Shown here in pieces: positions 15,301 through 26,500 of a stretch of DNA of 64,000 bases. Origin of the DNA: Bugula neritina (taxonomy: Eukaryota; Animalia; Bryozoa); assembly GCA_964035545.1 (NCBI GenBank), contig OZ037766.1, positions 22,928,767 through 22,992,766 of the forward strand, written 5' to 3'. Position numbers and translations under genes: made by a program. The notes beneath the pieces are model-generated. The model worked only from the letters and a program-made list of their open reading frames with translations, was not told the origin of the DNA and made no database searches. Numbering within the stretch: position 1 is the first letter of the stretch; the number at the start of each line of letters is the position of its first letter.

Positions 15301-18300
15301 TAGTAGATATCCTATATGGTAAGTATACTGTGTGGTAGGTATAGTATATGGTAGGTATAATATTGGGTAGGTACACTACATGGTAGGTATGCTATGGGGC
15401 AGGCATGCTATGTAGAAAAGCATACCTTAGTTTCTTTGGTAATGTTGAGCAAAGGACCAGCTGTGTTTGAGGTGATTATAGACCCAATCTGAGCTTGAGA
15501 TCCAGCATAGCTTAAAAATGCAGATGTTTGAACAGATGACGGGAATTGAGAGCTTCCAGTTGGGTAGAAAACAGCCTAAAATCCATTTTATTTATCATAG
15601 TAAAAGTGACATACAGAATTTTTGTGATGAGTTTTTTAAGAATCAATTCTAGTTATCACCACAAATCTGTTTTTGTCTTGCTTTTCTATTGTAAGAAAAA
15701 TACTTTCAGAAATTTATAAAAAGTGTAAATTCTGATGAGTAAAAAGTACTTACCGATATATTAATAATGGCGGGTGCACCTCTACTAGCCGGGTTAACTA
15801 CAGTCCCGGCATTGACAGCTAGCTGACTTGGGCCGACAAATCGACGTCTTCTCTTTTTAGATGCTTCAGACACAGACACGGCATTGTCAGATTTAGTGAT
15901 CGTCTCCTCGTCCAGCACAACTTCCATCAAGCTCGAGTCGTAGATCAAATCTACCCATTAGAGATGTTACATTACAATCAAATTGATTCCGGTACATACT
16001 TCAACGATGTCATCGCACCTTATTAATAGTTAATTGTAAGCCAGCCTAGTGATATTCACATTTTAGTGCCCGTTTTTGTCAAGTTTATTTCCTATTTTGC
16101 TTGCTAAAAGCAGTCATTACCTTTGTGTAGTGTTATTAATGGGTATCGTTAATTAAATGTATAAATGGATAAATTGTTTGTGACCTGTAACTTTATTGTC
16201 AAAACCGAAACGTAAAATGTGGAAAAGTATCGATCTATAGAAAATGTAATCTGCAGAAACCGGAAATAACAACCAACGACCTCTAAGCTGATCTGCTGTA
16301 CTCACCAATAAGAAGAGAGACATCATTGAGTGTTCCAGACGGGACACTAAATGATGAAAAAACTTGTGCAGCTTCTCCGAGATTCCAGACAGCGGGAACA
16401 CTGAAATATGAGTCAGCGACAGATATCTCTATGTCTTTAGATCGAACTACTTCAGTACATCTTTCAGAAATTACCTCCCCATTCACTGAAAATTAAAACT
16501 CATTTGTACAATAACAAAAGCGCAATAAATAAATTAAAAAGTTAAATCAATAACGACAATGCAAATGATAAACTTGCAAATGAGTAAAAATTTGGGTGAA
16601 TGTTCAACAGCAAGACAATGCATAATCAAGCTGCATAGGAAAATGTAATGTTTACTTCAACACATTTTGAAATAACTTTAATTGTGAAGATATGTCAGTC
16701 TACACATCCACTATTATGCAAAAATTTAGCTAAGTGAATAAATATTTTATTCAAATACTAGAAAGTGGTTGTTTCAGATACCAGTGTAGAATAAACTCAC
16801 ATGGGTTTATAGTCACCATCCCTGTGAGAACCCCTTATGGAAAAGGTTTTTAGCAAACTAAGGACCTGTTCTCTATTATGACCAAGAAGGAAATATGACT
16901 AAATGCCCTTCTTAACATCACCAACGGTTTTTACTGAGATTCAAACAATTAACCTTGTGTTCACTAAACCAGTGCCCTAACCACTAGACATGACTGCTTC
17001 GACCTCAGTGTAAAATAGCGCAAGTGAAATGCTGTGTAAAATTAGGTGTAGCCTGAACTGTACACCGCGTAGCCTAAACTTAGGCCAGATGTTTTGAGAA
17101 TCTGGGGTAGACTGACCCCCCCCCCCTTAAGAGGCTATGCTACTACATTATCATTCAGGAGTAACTTACCACTTTCACTCGACCATGAAAAATCTGTAGT
17201 GATATTTATTTTTTCTTTGCCTAGCGGTACGCTGTCTTGTAAAGTACAAGTTCCAATAATAACAACATCACCAACGTCTGCTGAGAAAAACGGGAGATCA
17301 ACAGTCCGTGTTCTCTTGTTTGTGGGCACAACTTGTATCAGGCGATCTAATGTTCCATTAGGTAGAGGAGTGGTAATGTTTAACTCGTTAACACTGCAAT
17401 GTGCGCTACTATTTAGTATAACCTACAATCACATTTGAAGCAGCTATATAACGAAAATTGCAATTATGTAATACTGATAATAACAGAAAAATTTTTCTCA
17501 ATAATAAGATTAACGCAAATAAAGTCCAAAAACAATTCCCTCCCAACTTTCCTACTTTTATTTATTTTTAAAAATGTTTCGGCAACTCTAAACTCTGCTC
17601 TTGTATGCTGAAACCAAAAATGTAAACTTTCCAAAGTATACAGTAAACAAGTATCACACTTACTCTGAAATTTGTCGCATTTTCACCTGACCACCAACTG
17701 TGACCAATAGAAAAGCTGAACTCAATAACGTCACCAGACACAGCATTTACCAGGTTTCCGACAGACACACTCGTGCAGGATAATCCAGCACCGCTCTGTA
17801 TGACTTCCATGGTACCATAAGATGACACCTCCAGCTGTGATAAAAATATACATGTATATCAGGTGACAAAATTTACCAAATTCGACTTACGATGTCAGCT
17901 ATTTTCTAGCTCATTTATCACAAAAAATGTTTTTTAAAACTTTTCAGTGCAACTTTTTTCAAATAATTTTTTGTTATTCCACTTTTGACCTTTTACTTTT
18001 TGCATAAAATGCGTTCTAAAAAAAGATTTGAGTACCACCCTTTAAGTCTACGTGAAGAAAAATTATTTTGAAACTGTATATCGTATAAGTTTGCTTTGGA
18101 CAAAAATAGATGCATGCACATACTATAACTATATTTTGGAAATACATAGCAGCTAATATTTTTTAAATCATCAATACCAGTACTTCTATTTCAAGCGGTC
18201 TATTTTTAACCTATAAAAAAATGAAAACGTAATTGAAATGATTTTTTCATCATTTGAATCATGTATGAAATGAAGGAAGTTGACGATACAATTTCTCTTT

Positions 18301-21300
18301 TGCTGGTTTTGATACCAGATGATTGATGAAATTTTAGAAAATAAAATACTTTGTTTACAAAAAAGACTTTTATTAAGTCTTTAATTACATAAAACTAAAA
18401 GGGCATTCAGAAGAAGACAATTGATACAATGATGAGAATAAAAGAGATACTTGCATCTGGGTTAGGTTGCAGGCAAGTAGAGCAATTGACGAGCCCATTA
18501 TATGACTGAATCACACTGTAAGGGCTATTCAGTGAGCAGTTGTCTTTCAAGGTCAGCGAGGATATGTACTCGAAAGCAGCGTCTGTTGGTTTATAGATCA
18601 CATCTAAGTTACTTATGGAATTATTGGTCAAATTGTACAAGTCATACAAATAAGTGTCTTCCATAACAATGTCCTTGTAACTCCAGTCAAATGGTGTCAA
18701 GGAAACTGTAATGTGCTCCTCGCTGTACGAAGGGAGATAGCATGCAAACTTCCATGTAAACGGTACCGTTATCAATAGTTCTTCCTGCCAACACAATGGA
18801 AACAGTCTGAATGATAAATTACAACTTAACTTTCAATAAAAAGAAACAAACAAAACATTTAAGTGACCATTTGTTAGCCAAAGCTTAACCATCAAAATAT
18901 AACAATTGATTTCTTATTAGACCACAGCAGCCAAAATTAAAATTTTATCAATTTTGAACTCAATCCAACTGAGTATTGAAATAGAATAAAGGTTTAGACT
19001 TTAGCAGCTGTCTTCACAAATAGTTTTCTAACTTTTCTACCATCACAAAAGTTCAAGGAGCTTATACTTCTTTGTGGCCAAGAGCTTTTCATCATTAATT
19101 TTACTCATTCATGCAAACAAACCTTTTCACATGTTTTGAGATTGTCAAGATTAGTATAATCTATCCTACGTATTGCCGAATGTGAAAAATATACATTAGT
19201 AGCAAAATTAATTGTAGCCAATTTTTCACTTTACAAAATGGCAGAAGCTCGCAAATCAGCAAAAAAATTCATTTTAAACATAACAGCTGTGGACACCACT
19301 CGAATTATCAACATGGCCCAGCAGTCACAGAGCACCTTGTCACGTGCATATAGTCACAGAGCACCTTGTAATGTGCATATAGTCATAGAGCACCTTGTCA
19401 CGTGCATATAGTCACAGAGCACCTTGTCACATACACATTAGCAGATAGCATATAGTGTTAGCATGTCTTACACTAGGAGAAAGCATGGTGTCATTATAAA
19501 CTACAAAATCCATGATCCAGGCACCATCAGCACTTTCATAGAATGTCGTGTTGGCACCAGAAATGTCGATTGAGCTGATGGCAGAGTGGAGACTGGCCTC
19601 TTCCCAGGACATGTTCATATTTATATAGCTTGGAGGCCATATTGACAACCTGCGTTATAACAGAAGCAATACAGCAACATAAACTAGCCATGAAGGTAGA
19701 CAACTCACACGCTGACTATAAGGTTATAGTTTATAGTTCACTGTTGAATGGATAAGTGATAACAGCTACACCATAATGGAGTGCTTTGAGACTAGCTCCT
19801 GTAGGTAAATATTTCAATTTGATTAGATTATTGCAGTGAAAAGAACTATGGATTATTTATGGAACTATTTATTTACTTAGTTACAAGAGCTTCCTTATAA
19901 TAGAGTGCTGATTTAATAGGCTAGTAAACAAAACACAAAAGTAGTCATAGCATAGCTTTTATAACATAGCCACCAATGTATAGATAAATTTGAGAACAGC
20001 TTTTAACAGGTTAAAATATTATAGTAACTAACAAAACGAGAAATAAAAATATTTTCGTCAATAGTCTTAGTAGCAAATAATAATCCACAAAATATTTTTA
20101 TTAATCAAAGGCCAAGGAATATTATTCTAAAACTAAAACTGCCATATATGTGATGATTATATTCAGCACATAAATCATTTAGAAGTTGTGTTTTTTTCAG
20201 ACAGTTTGAGGACTCCTTGTGTAGAATTAATTCATTCAAACACTTGCAATTGATGCCAGGACTCAAAACTAATACAGTGCTCCCTCTATATTTCACAGAT
20301 CTAGCTCTAGCTAAATTACATGGGTCACAAGAAGGGCTTAGAACCCATTTTTTGGCTTATGTATATGTATATAAGGTCAAGATGGCTGAATTTAACGGAT
20401 CCGTGAGTTAAATTTGGTATTTTACTATGAGGTCTCCGTACTTGTAGCTTAGCGAGATACAGAGGGAGCACTGTAGTATATTCTACAAGCTACAGTTTCT
20501 ATAAGGGTGATTGCTAAACTGATTGCATTAAAACTGAAGCATTTTCTAAAGTTATGGTATATTATATAATTATACTCTATATGAAAATCCTGAACACTTT
20601 GACTAGCATTAAAATTCAAATATGTATATTATGCATAATGAAAATAAATTGAAGTGAGCATCATTGGCAATAATTTTGGCTCGAGAAACTAACTTGACTA
20701 AAACAGATGGATCTAAAAGACCTATTCTATTTATTGAGCACTTATTTACGCACGTTGGGATTATTTAAAAAAAAGTACTACAATCAATGCTTCCACAAAT
20801 TTGTATAGCATAAATGATAAAAATAATAAAAATAAAAAAACAGCAAAAACAGAAATTTCCTGCACATGGTAACAGCCTATTCATCTACTTTTTTATTTAA
20901 ATTTACTTTTGCAAACGTTTATTTTCTTGTTAGGAAGCGTGCATAAAGACATTAAGGTAGTCTCTAAAAATGGCAATTTTTTTAAAAGTTTGAACATTTT
21001 TTGCATTTTGAAGCCGGCCTATGTTATTACAAAACTTTCAGTAATGGAGATAACACCAATCTATAATTCTAAACATTCCAGATAAGACTGTTGTCAATAC
21101 AAGTTACTTCTATAACAAAGACTCCTCTTATTTTTGTCCAACATTATCCAGAATTAATAAACTAACCTGAAAGCATGGTCCCGTAATGTAACATTATGTG
21201 ACCCGTTATATGAGGGCCTTGTATCATTCCACATAAAATAATCAAGAGCCAATTCTTCTGGTAGCCTAATTTCTAAATTTCCATAGCCAGGATCTTCATC

Positions 21301-21414
21301 ATGGTAGTGCAAAGTAGGCACACCATCTTTAACACCAGTACCGTTGTGGTGTACGGTTACATTTAGAACTGTGCTCATTAGGCTGAACAACAGGCTAAAT
21401 TCAGTACACAGCAT
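366..21414 (-). CDS. EVC2: EVC2/limbin-like type I membrane protein (multi-exon; 3' end beyond left edge of window)
   Basis: GT-AG exons join into a signal-like N-terminus (MLCTEFSLLFSLMSTVL, 21414), a long beta-rich ectodomain, one TM helix (IINLIIAVVVISGFIIGLLLIPLVIFIVLII, ~11650-11740) and a long E/K/Q/L coiled coil. The post-TM segment (VDDSIVSILALKD...LDIQATVEVDKRMEAQR...LGMVKNGDIT...EQDDLSYRLKLEQDEE...AAWLMKEHANNV...RQKLVLEEKLAKRR) resembles the EVC2 family region as I recall it. It sits head-to-head with an EVC-like gene. The last visible exon (366-473) ends in a GTAAGT donor. One phase inconsistency lies near 18760 (see findings). Confidence 0.8.
3862..4663. repeat. 34-bp minisatellite (acttacagctatatacaattagcacatacagtat), ~23 copies
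   Basis: Direct inspection; in an EVC2 intron, ending next to a splice acceptor. Confidence 0.95.
5972..6048 (-). mobile_element. Degenerate tRNA-like sequence (SINE head or tRNA pseudogene)
   Basis: The - strand has a box B (GGTTCGAATC) and tRNA-like spacing, but the T-stem and acceptor stem do not pair. Confidence 0.5.
16792..17000 (-). mobile_element. tRNA-derived SINE-like element, copy 1 (degraded)
   Basis: Shares aaactcac..gtttatagtcac.atccctgtgagaa, gact..atgc.ctt..taaca.caccaa and gtgttca.ta with the 28013 copy. Confidence 0.65.
19323..19431. repeat. 29-bp tandem repeat (agtcacagagcaccttgtcacgtgcatat), ~3.7 copies
   Basis: Unit starts at 19323, 19352, 19381 and 19410. Confidence 0.9.
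20275..20473. mobile_element. MITE family A copy 1 (Tc1/mariner-pogo-like termini)
   Basis: TIR CAGTGCTCCCTCT...AGAGGGAGCACTG, flanked by TA on both sides; the interior is similar to the copies at 26783 and 41584. Confidence 0.85.
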
Positions 21415-21949
21415 CTTCTTACTTTAGTTTCTCTAAAATTGAAGCCAACAATCAAGTCAGACTTTGATTTGTTGTAGCTTACTTGAAACAACAGAAAGTT
21501 TAACAGTTGTTACTTATACTTCAGCTGTGACATATGCTATTATATGTGTAAGTTAATCAATACCTAATAATTACAATAGATATTGTTATCTTGATGACGC
21601 ATTGATCAATGATACTTACTCAGTATTCTGTATATTTTCAAGTTTACAAAGGCTATCACAAAAATAATACTAATAGTAATACTGGTCAACAATCATCATG
21701 CTCATATTGAGTAGACCTACCATTAAGTTTAATCATGAGCTGAGTAAAAATTGGGTGCTAGTGCAATCTAAAAATAAAATTTTTAAAAAGTTTAAATAAC
21801 TTTTCCAAACTTGGAGCTTTGATTTACTTACAAGTTACAACTAAAACTAAAAGGTAAATTAAGTTGTAATAATAAAACTAAGAACAATCACAATGAATAA
21901 TCAATAACTAGCACATACTTGCAAAGAGGCGCAGATAAATTCCATAAAA

Positions 21950-22352
21950 CTTCAAGTTCTATAAGTTAAGTTTTAAAAACTTTCTTCCCATTAAATTAGC
22001 TCAAAAAATATCACCGCTAGTAGCCTGAAATGCTGTTGAATGCTTTTAAAATGTGAACCATTTTTAACAACACTGAAGAGCTCAGTAACGGAAACAAGAC
22101 CTAGTTGCTAATAACGCTCATAACTGCGGCGTTCGCAATAGGCTCTCGCAAAACTGATATTGGTATTTGAAAGATAGCAAGCTGTTGTGGAGTAACATAG
22201 CAACCGCCTAACAGATTAACAGGTCGTTCAATAGCAAGTGGTTACTCATGCTGCGCCCGTCCAAGGTCGCCTCAGTTATCGGTGTGCCTGAGTGAAAGGC
22301 AGTTCTCAGTCACATCTTATTACTAATGTAACTAATCAGTTTAATGCCAAAG
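21950..22352. promoter_or_regulatory. Putative bidirectional promoter of EVC2/EVC with X-box-like motifs
   Basis: A locally CpG-richer segment lies between oppositely oriented splice donors (- strand GTATGT at 21918; + strand AAG|GTAAGC near 22352). It contains GTAACATAGCAAC (22192-22204) and GTTGCTAATAAC (22104-22115). Confidence 0.55.
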
Positions 22353-23510
22353 GTAAGCATCATGAACCCATGTTGAACATTCGACAAGATATTTTTGTTC
22401 GAGCAACCTACACGGTAATTTATAATTATTTTATATTAGTGACTGCAAGTTAGTGTTACTGTTAGTAGTTACAATCTGTATCACTGCCCTAGTTATTAAC
22501 CAATTGAAATATATATAACTATATTTTATTCAAATTTGATGCTGAACTTTTGAAATATTGGAAAATCATTAGGAAACAGTTTCTTAGTGGTTTTTTGTTT
22601 TCTATCAGTGTGATTAATTACTTTGTGAATAAAATATTATTTTATAAATAGTAAACACAATATTTTTATGTTATCAAGTTTCCAAATAGCAATTTTATCT
22701 TCTATAAGGCTGTCACTGTGCCCCATTTCTATGACATTGTGTATTCAATATTTAGATACTTACTATAAACTACATCATGTAAGTTTAGAATGCGTCTCTT
22801 GGCAGGTAGGAGTAGCCTGTCACATTTGAGAGGAATTATATTTGTACACTTTGTCTATAGAAAGAAATTGTGTCCTACCGGTATTTCTTGCACTCTGCCA
22901 CCAGTCCTAAATGCCATTCAGCTTATGTCATTTTTCTTATATATATATATGACTCGTATTTCACTAACCATTAATTTCTAGTTTCCTTGCTGCCTTGCTC
23001 TAGTGGCGATGTCTAATATCAGTTAAAATTTTTTTGAAAAAAAGGCCTTCTCATAACGCACTCATTGTAGCAGTTTCACAGCTATCTCTGGTATGTCATT
23101 TGTCCATGAAGCCAGATAGAATGCCTGCTTGACCCACAGTAGAGGATTCTCAGGTAGAAACATTCATGTAGGTTTTATTTGATGATTGTCCCATTTCTCA
23201 TAAGCTGATCGTTTTCAATGTCACATTTCATTGGTTCATCTGTCTACAAAAATGACACTTGATCACAACTTTGGCTTTGTCTTTCTTAACAACTGTATCA
23301 CCCCACTTACTCTTTGCTGAATGCTATGTCTTTTCAATGCGCTGTTAGAAGGACACATGTGCTTATGTGCGCATATATAATTATGTATATATATGTATAT
23401 ATATATGCACACACATTTTCTGTTTGTAACTTTCAAAGGCTTTGTAAAATAGATTGAGCTTTGCATTTTGTAAAGAAAAGATTGCTTTTACTGTAGAATC
23501 AGTAACAAAA

Positions 23511-26500
23511 ATGTCGGCTCAAGCTTGTTTGGAAATAGACGTGGATGTGGAGAAAATTATTGAGATTCGACTTCCTGAACCACTCGGACCTGGTCTCGGC
23601 TTTTTGTTTGCTTTTCTTGTTGGTGGAATTCTCGGAGCAGTTTTAGCGAGGTTTTGCTTCCGGGATTATCTTAAAAGTAAAGTAAGTATTGTTTTAAAAT
23701 CTTCAATAAGCCAGCCTGTTGTTCACATATTAGGTTCTATAACTTAGTTAAGTTATCAAATATTTGTTTATAATTTAGAATCAGGATGAAGAGAAAGCTA
23801 CTCTAATAGCACAAGGAATACCATTACATTTGAGAGGACGGGAGAAAACCATGGCATTTCCTGCCACAATGTCAACAACAGCAGTCGTGTCAAATGAGGT
23901 AAATAATAATCTTATCTTTAATCTTAATTACCCAGCAATTTGTTTCCAACTTTCAAAGTGATTAAATTATAACTAATTACAGCATTACAGCCGTCATATT
24001 CACATGCTGCTACAAATACTAGCAAAATTTATTAAGGTTTTCTGCAGCATTTCTATTCAGTGTTATGTTCGCAGATGTCACTGGCAACTCATGATGACGA
24101 GTGGAGTAAGAAAGATCCCAGACCTGGCACGGCTTCTCCAACAGCCGTAGCCTTAGATACAAGTGATGTTCAGTTTATAGGCTTATCTGCTGCTCTCATA
24201 AAGCAGACGGGAGAAGGAGCTGAGGCTGAGATCTGTCACCAGGATTGCAGTAGCTTTCTGAGTCTGGAGGAACAGTTTCGACAAGAACGCATTGAGGTGA
24301 TTATGTTAATGATATAAAGCGTGTGCTTGAGTATTTAGTCAACATTTTTCCTGCTGGGTTGGAAATGTATGGAGAGTTCTGCATCCCTCGCATTCAGCAC
24401 ACAACAACATTACCTTTATGCTGTGTTAGTTGCAGTTATTATATTTATGCTGTAGAGACTACACTTGGTTGAGGGCTAAAAACTATCTCTCTATTTGTAA
24501 ATTTTCATCTTATATATACAGAACATGACATCATACAGTTGCCAAACATCATCTGATTCATGCAGTAATAACAAACAACTGCATTCCTCACATTCAGCAC
24601 ACAACAACATTACTTACATCATGTAGCAAAATTGAAACCTACTCTCTTTTTTTGCTCAAAAGTAGTGTAAAAATTGAACATGTAGCTTTAGATAAAATTG
24701 ATGCGGACAACTTTTGTTACGTGCTTGGTTGATGATAACTATATAATCTATATTAAATATACTGCTAATAAACCTGCAGTATTTCATACTATCACTAACA
24801 TAGGGTATTATAATTACTTCAAGTCAAATTTCAATTATTTTGATAACTTATTTATTTTAATTTACTTGTAAATGTCCATGTATGTAGTTTTTCAATGATT
24901 TATCCTTTTAAAGGCAATTAGCTCTTGTTTTGCAGTCCTTGGTGTGTGTGGTGCGAATCTACCTCAACAGGCTGGCAGCCGGTAATAAAATAAGCGAGGA
25001 AGACGCCGACAGAATAGTTCGGGAGTTGAAGAAGAAATGTACAGAAATAGTGGAGAGGAACACCAGTGATGAAACTGCTGCTATACAAGTATGTATTCTT
25101 TACTGCACTTCTTTATGTTGAAAACAATGTTTAGGTGATCATGGCTGTTGAAAGAAATAGTTTGGTAGCCCAATATCACAATTTATAGATTTAGTAAAGT
25201 TGCCTACAATATATATGCTTAGCTAATATTTTGGTCAAAATTATGTGAATATATTAATCTTTCATTTAAACATGAAGAAAACTGCTATTTGTTGTGTGTT
25301 GAAAGAAAATATAGCGTAATTAAAATTTGAGTAAAAGCAGAAATTATAAATTTAAAGCTGTTGTACTAGCAGGGTTTAAATGGCAGGCCAGACAGTAATT
25401 TAGCTCACTGTTAACATTAATAGTTTGTCTAGTAGAGTAGATATGCCACCAGACAATTTATTTCAGAAGTTTCAGCCTCTAAACTTTCTGCACGTTTTGA
25501 TATTTAGAAGCACTGTCTTGTTCAGACATCTTACACTTGATACCTGCATTTCAGTTGTATCATACACTGTTTATTACCAGGCATTAACAAATGACCCTAA
25601 ACTACAGCAGAATAGCGTTGCTATGCAGACAGAAACAGATAAAGTACATGCAGAATCTGTGCAAAAAATGGTGAGTCAATTATTCCATTGTTTAATTTAC
25701 AGCCTCAGATGGTCTGCCACAGAAAGTATATATTACATCTACTGTCCTATAATAAAAAGGGATTCACTATTTAAACTACTTTTTGTTATTCAACTAAAGA
25801 AGAAGTTTAACTGAAATGAGTCTAGTTGTAAGCTAGTGTTACTGATGAGTCTGAGAGTTTTGTGTTTCAGCTCTAATGTAATAATACATGCTATATTAGC
25901 TGTAGCTCATGCTATTACTGATAAATTACAATGTTACAGAACAATGAGCTGTCTATGTTAGAATCTGACTTGCCACACATGTTAGCCACCGTTGACACAT
26001 TAACCGATGCTGACATTGATGCCCTCATGAACAAATTGAAACATCAGCTTGCAACGAGAGAGAAAAAAGTCAGCGATGAGACAAACAGACAGATACAGGT
26101 AAAGATAGTTTATTTAGTCCCTAATTCAAGTTTTAACCTATGAATTTTTTTTCATAGTTTTAGCTAGTTAGTTAGTTCTTCCCACATTGAACTTGGCAAC
26201 ACATTTTTGACTTTATCACTTCAGCCCTGTATCTTAAGTGATGGCTAATATCCTCAAAAGAGTTGAGTTTAACGATATTGAAAGTATTTTTTTACTGCAG
26301 GCATTAGAGGAGAGACTAGCTCGAAGGAAAGAGTTAGCGGAACAAAACCGTTTGGCAAAGCAGGTTGCTAAAGATACAGTAGAGACCAAAGTCCATCAAC
26401 AGTCTGAGAATCTCAAAATTCTCGTTAAAAAGTCCAGTTTGCCAGCTCAGACCGCAGAAGAGATTTTGAAGAACTATGAGAAAGATCTTTGGAAGTTACA

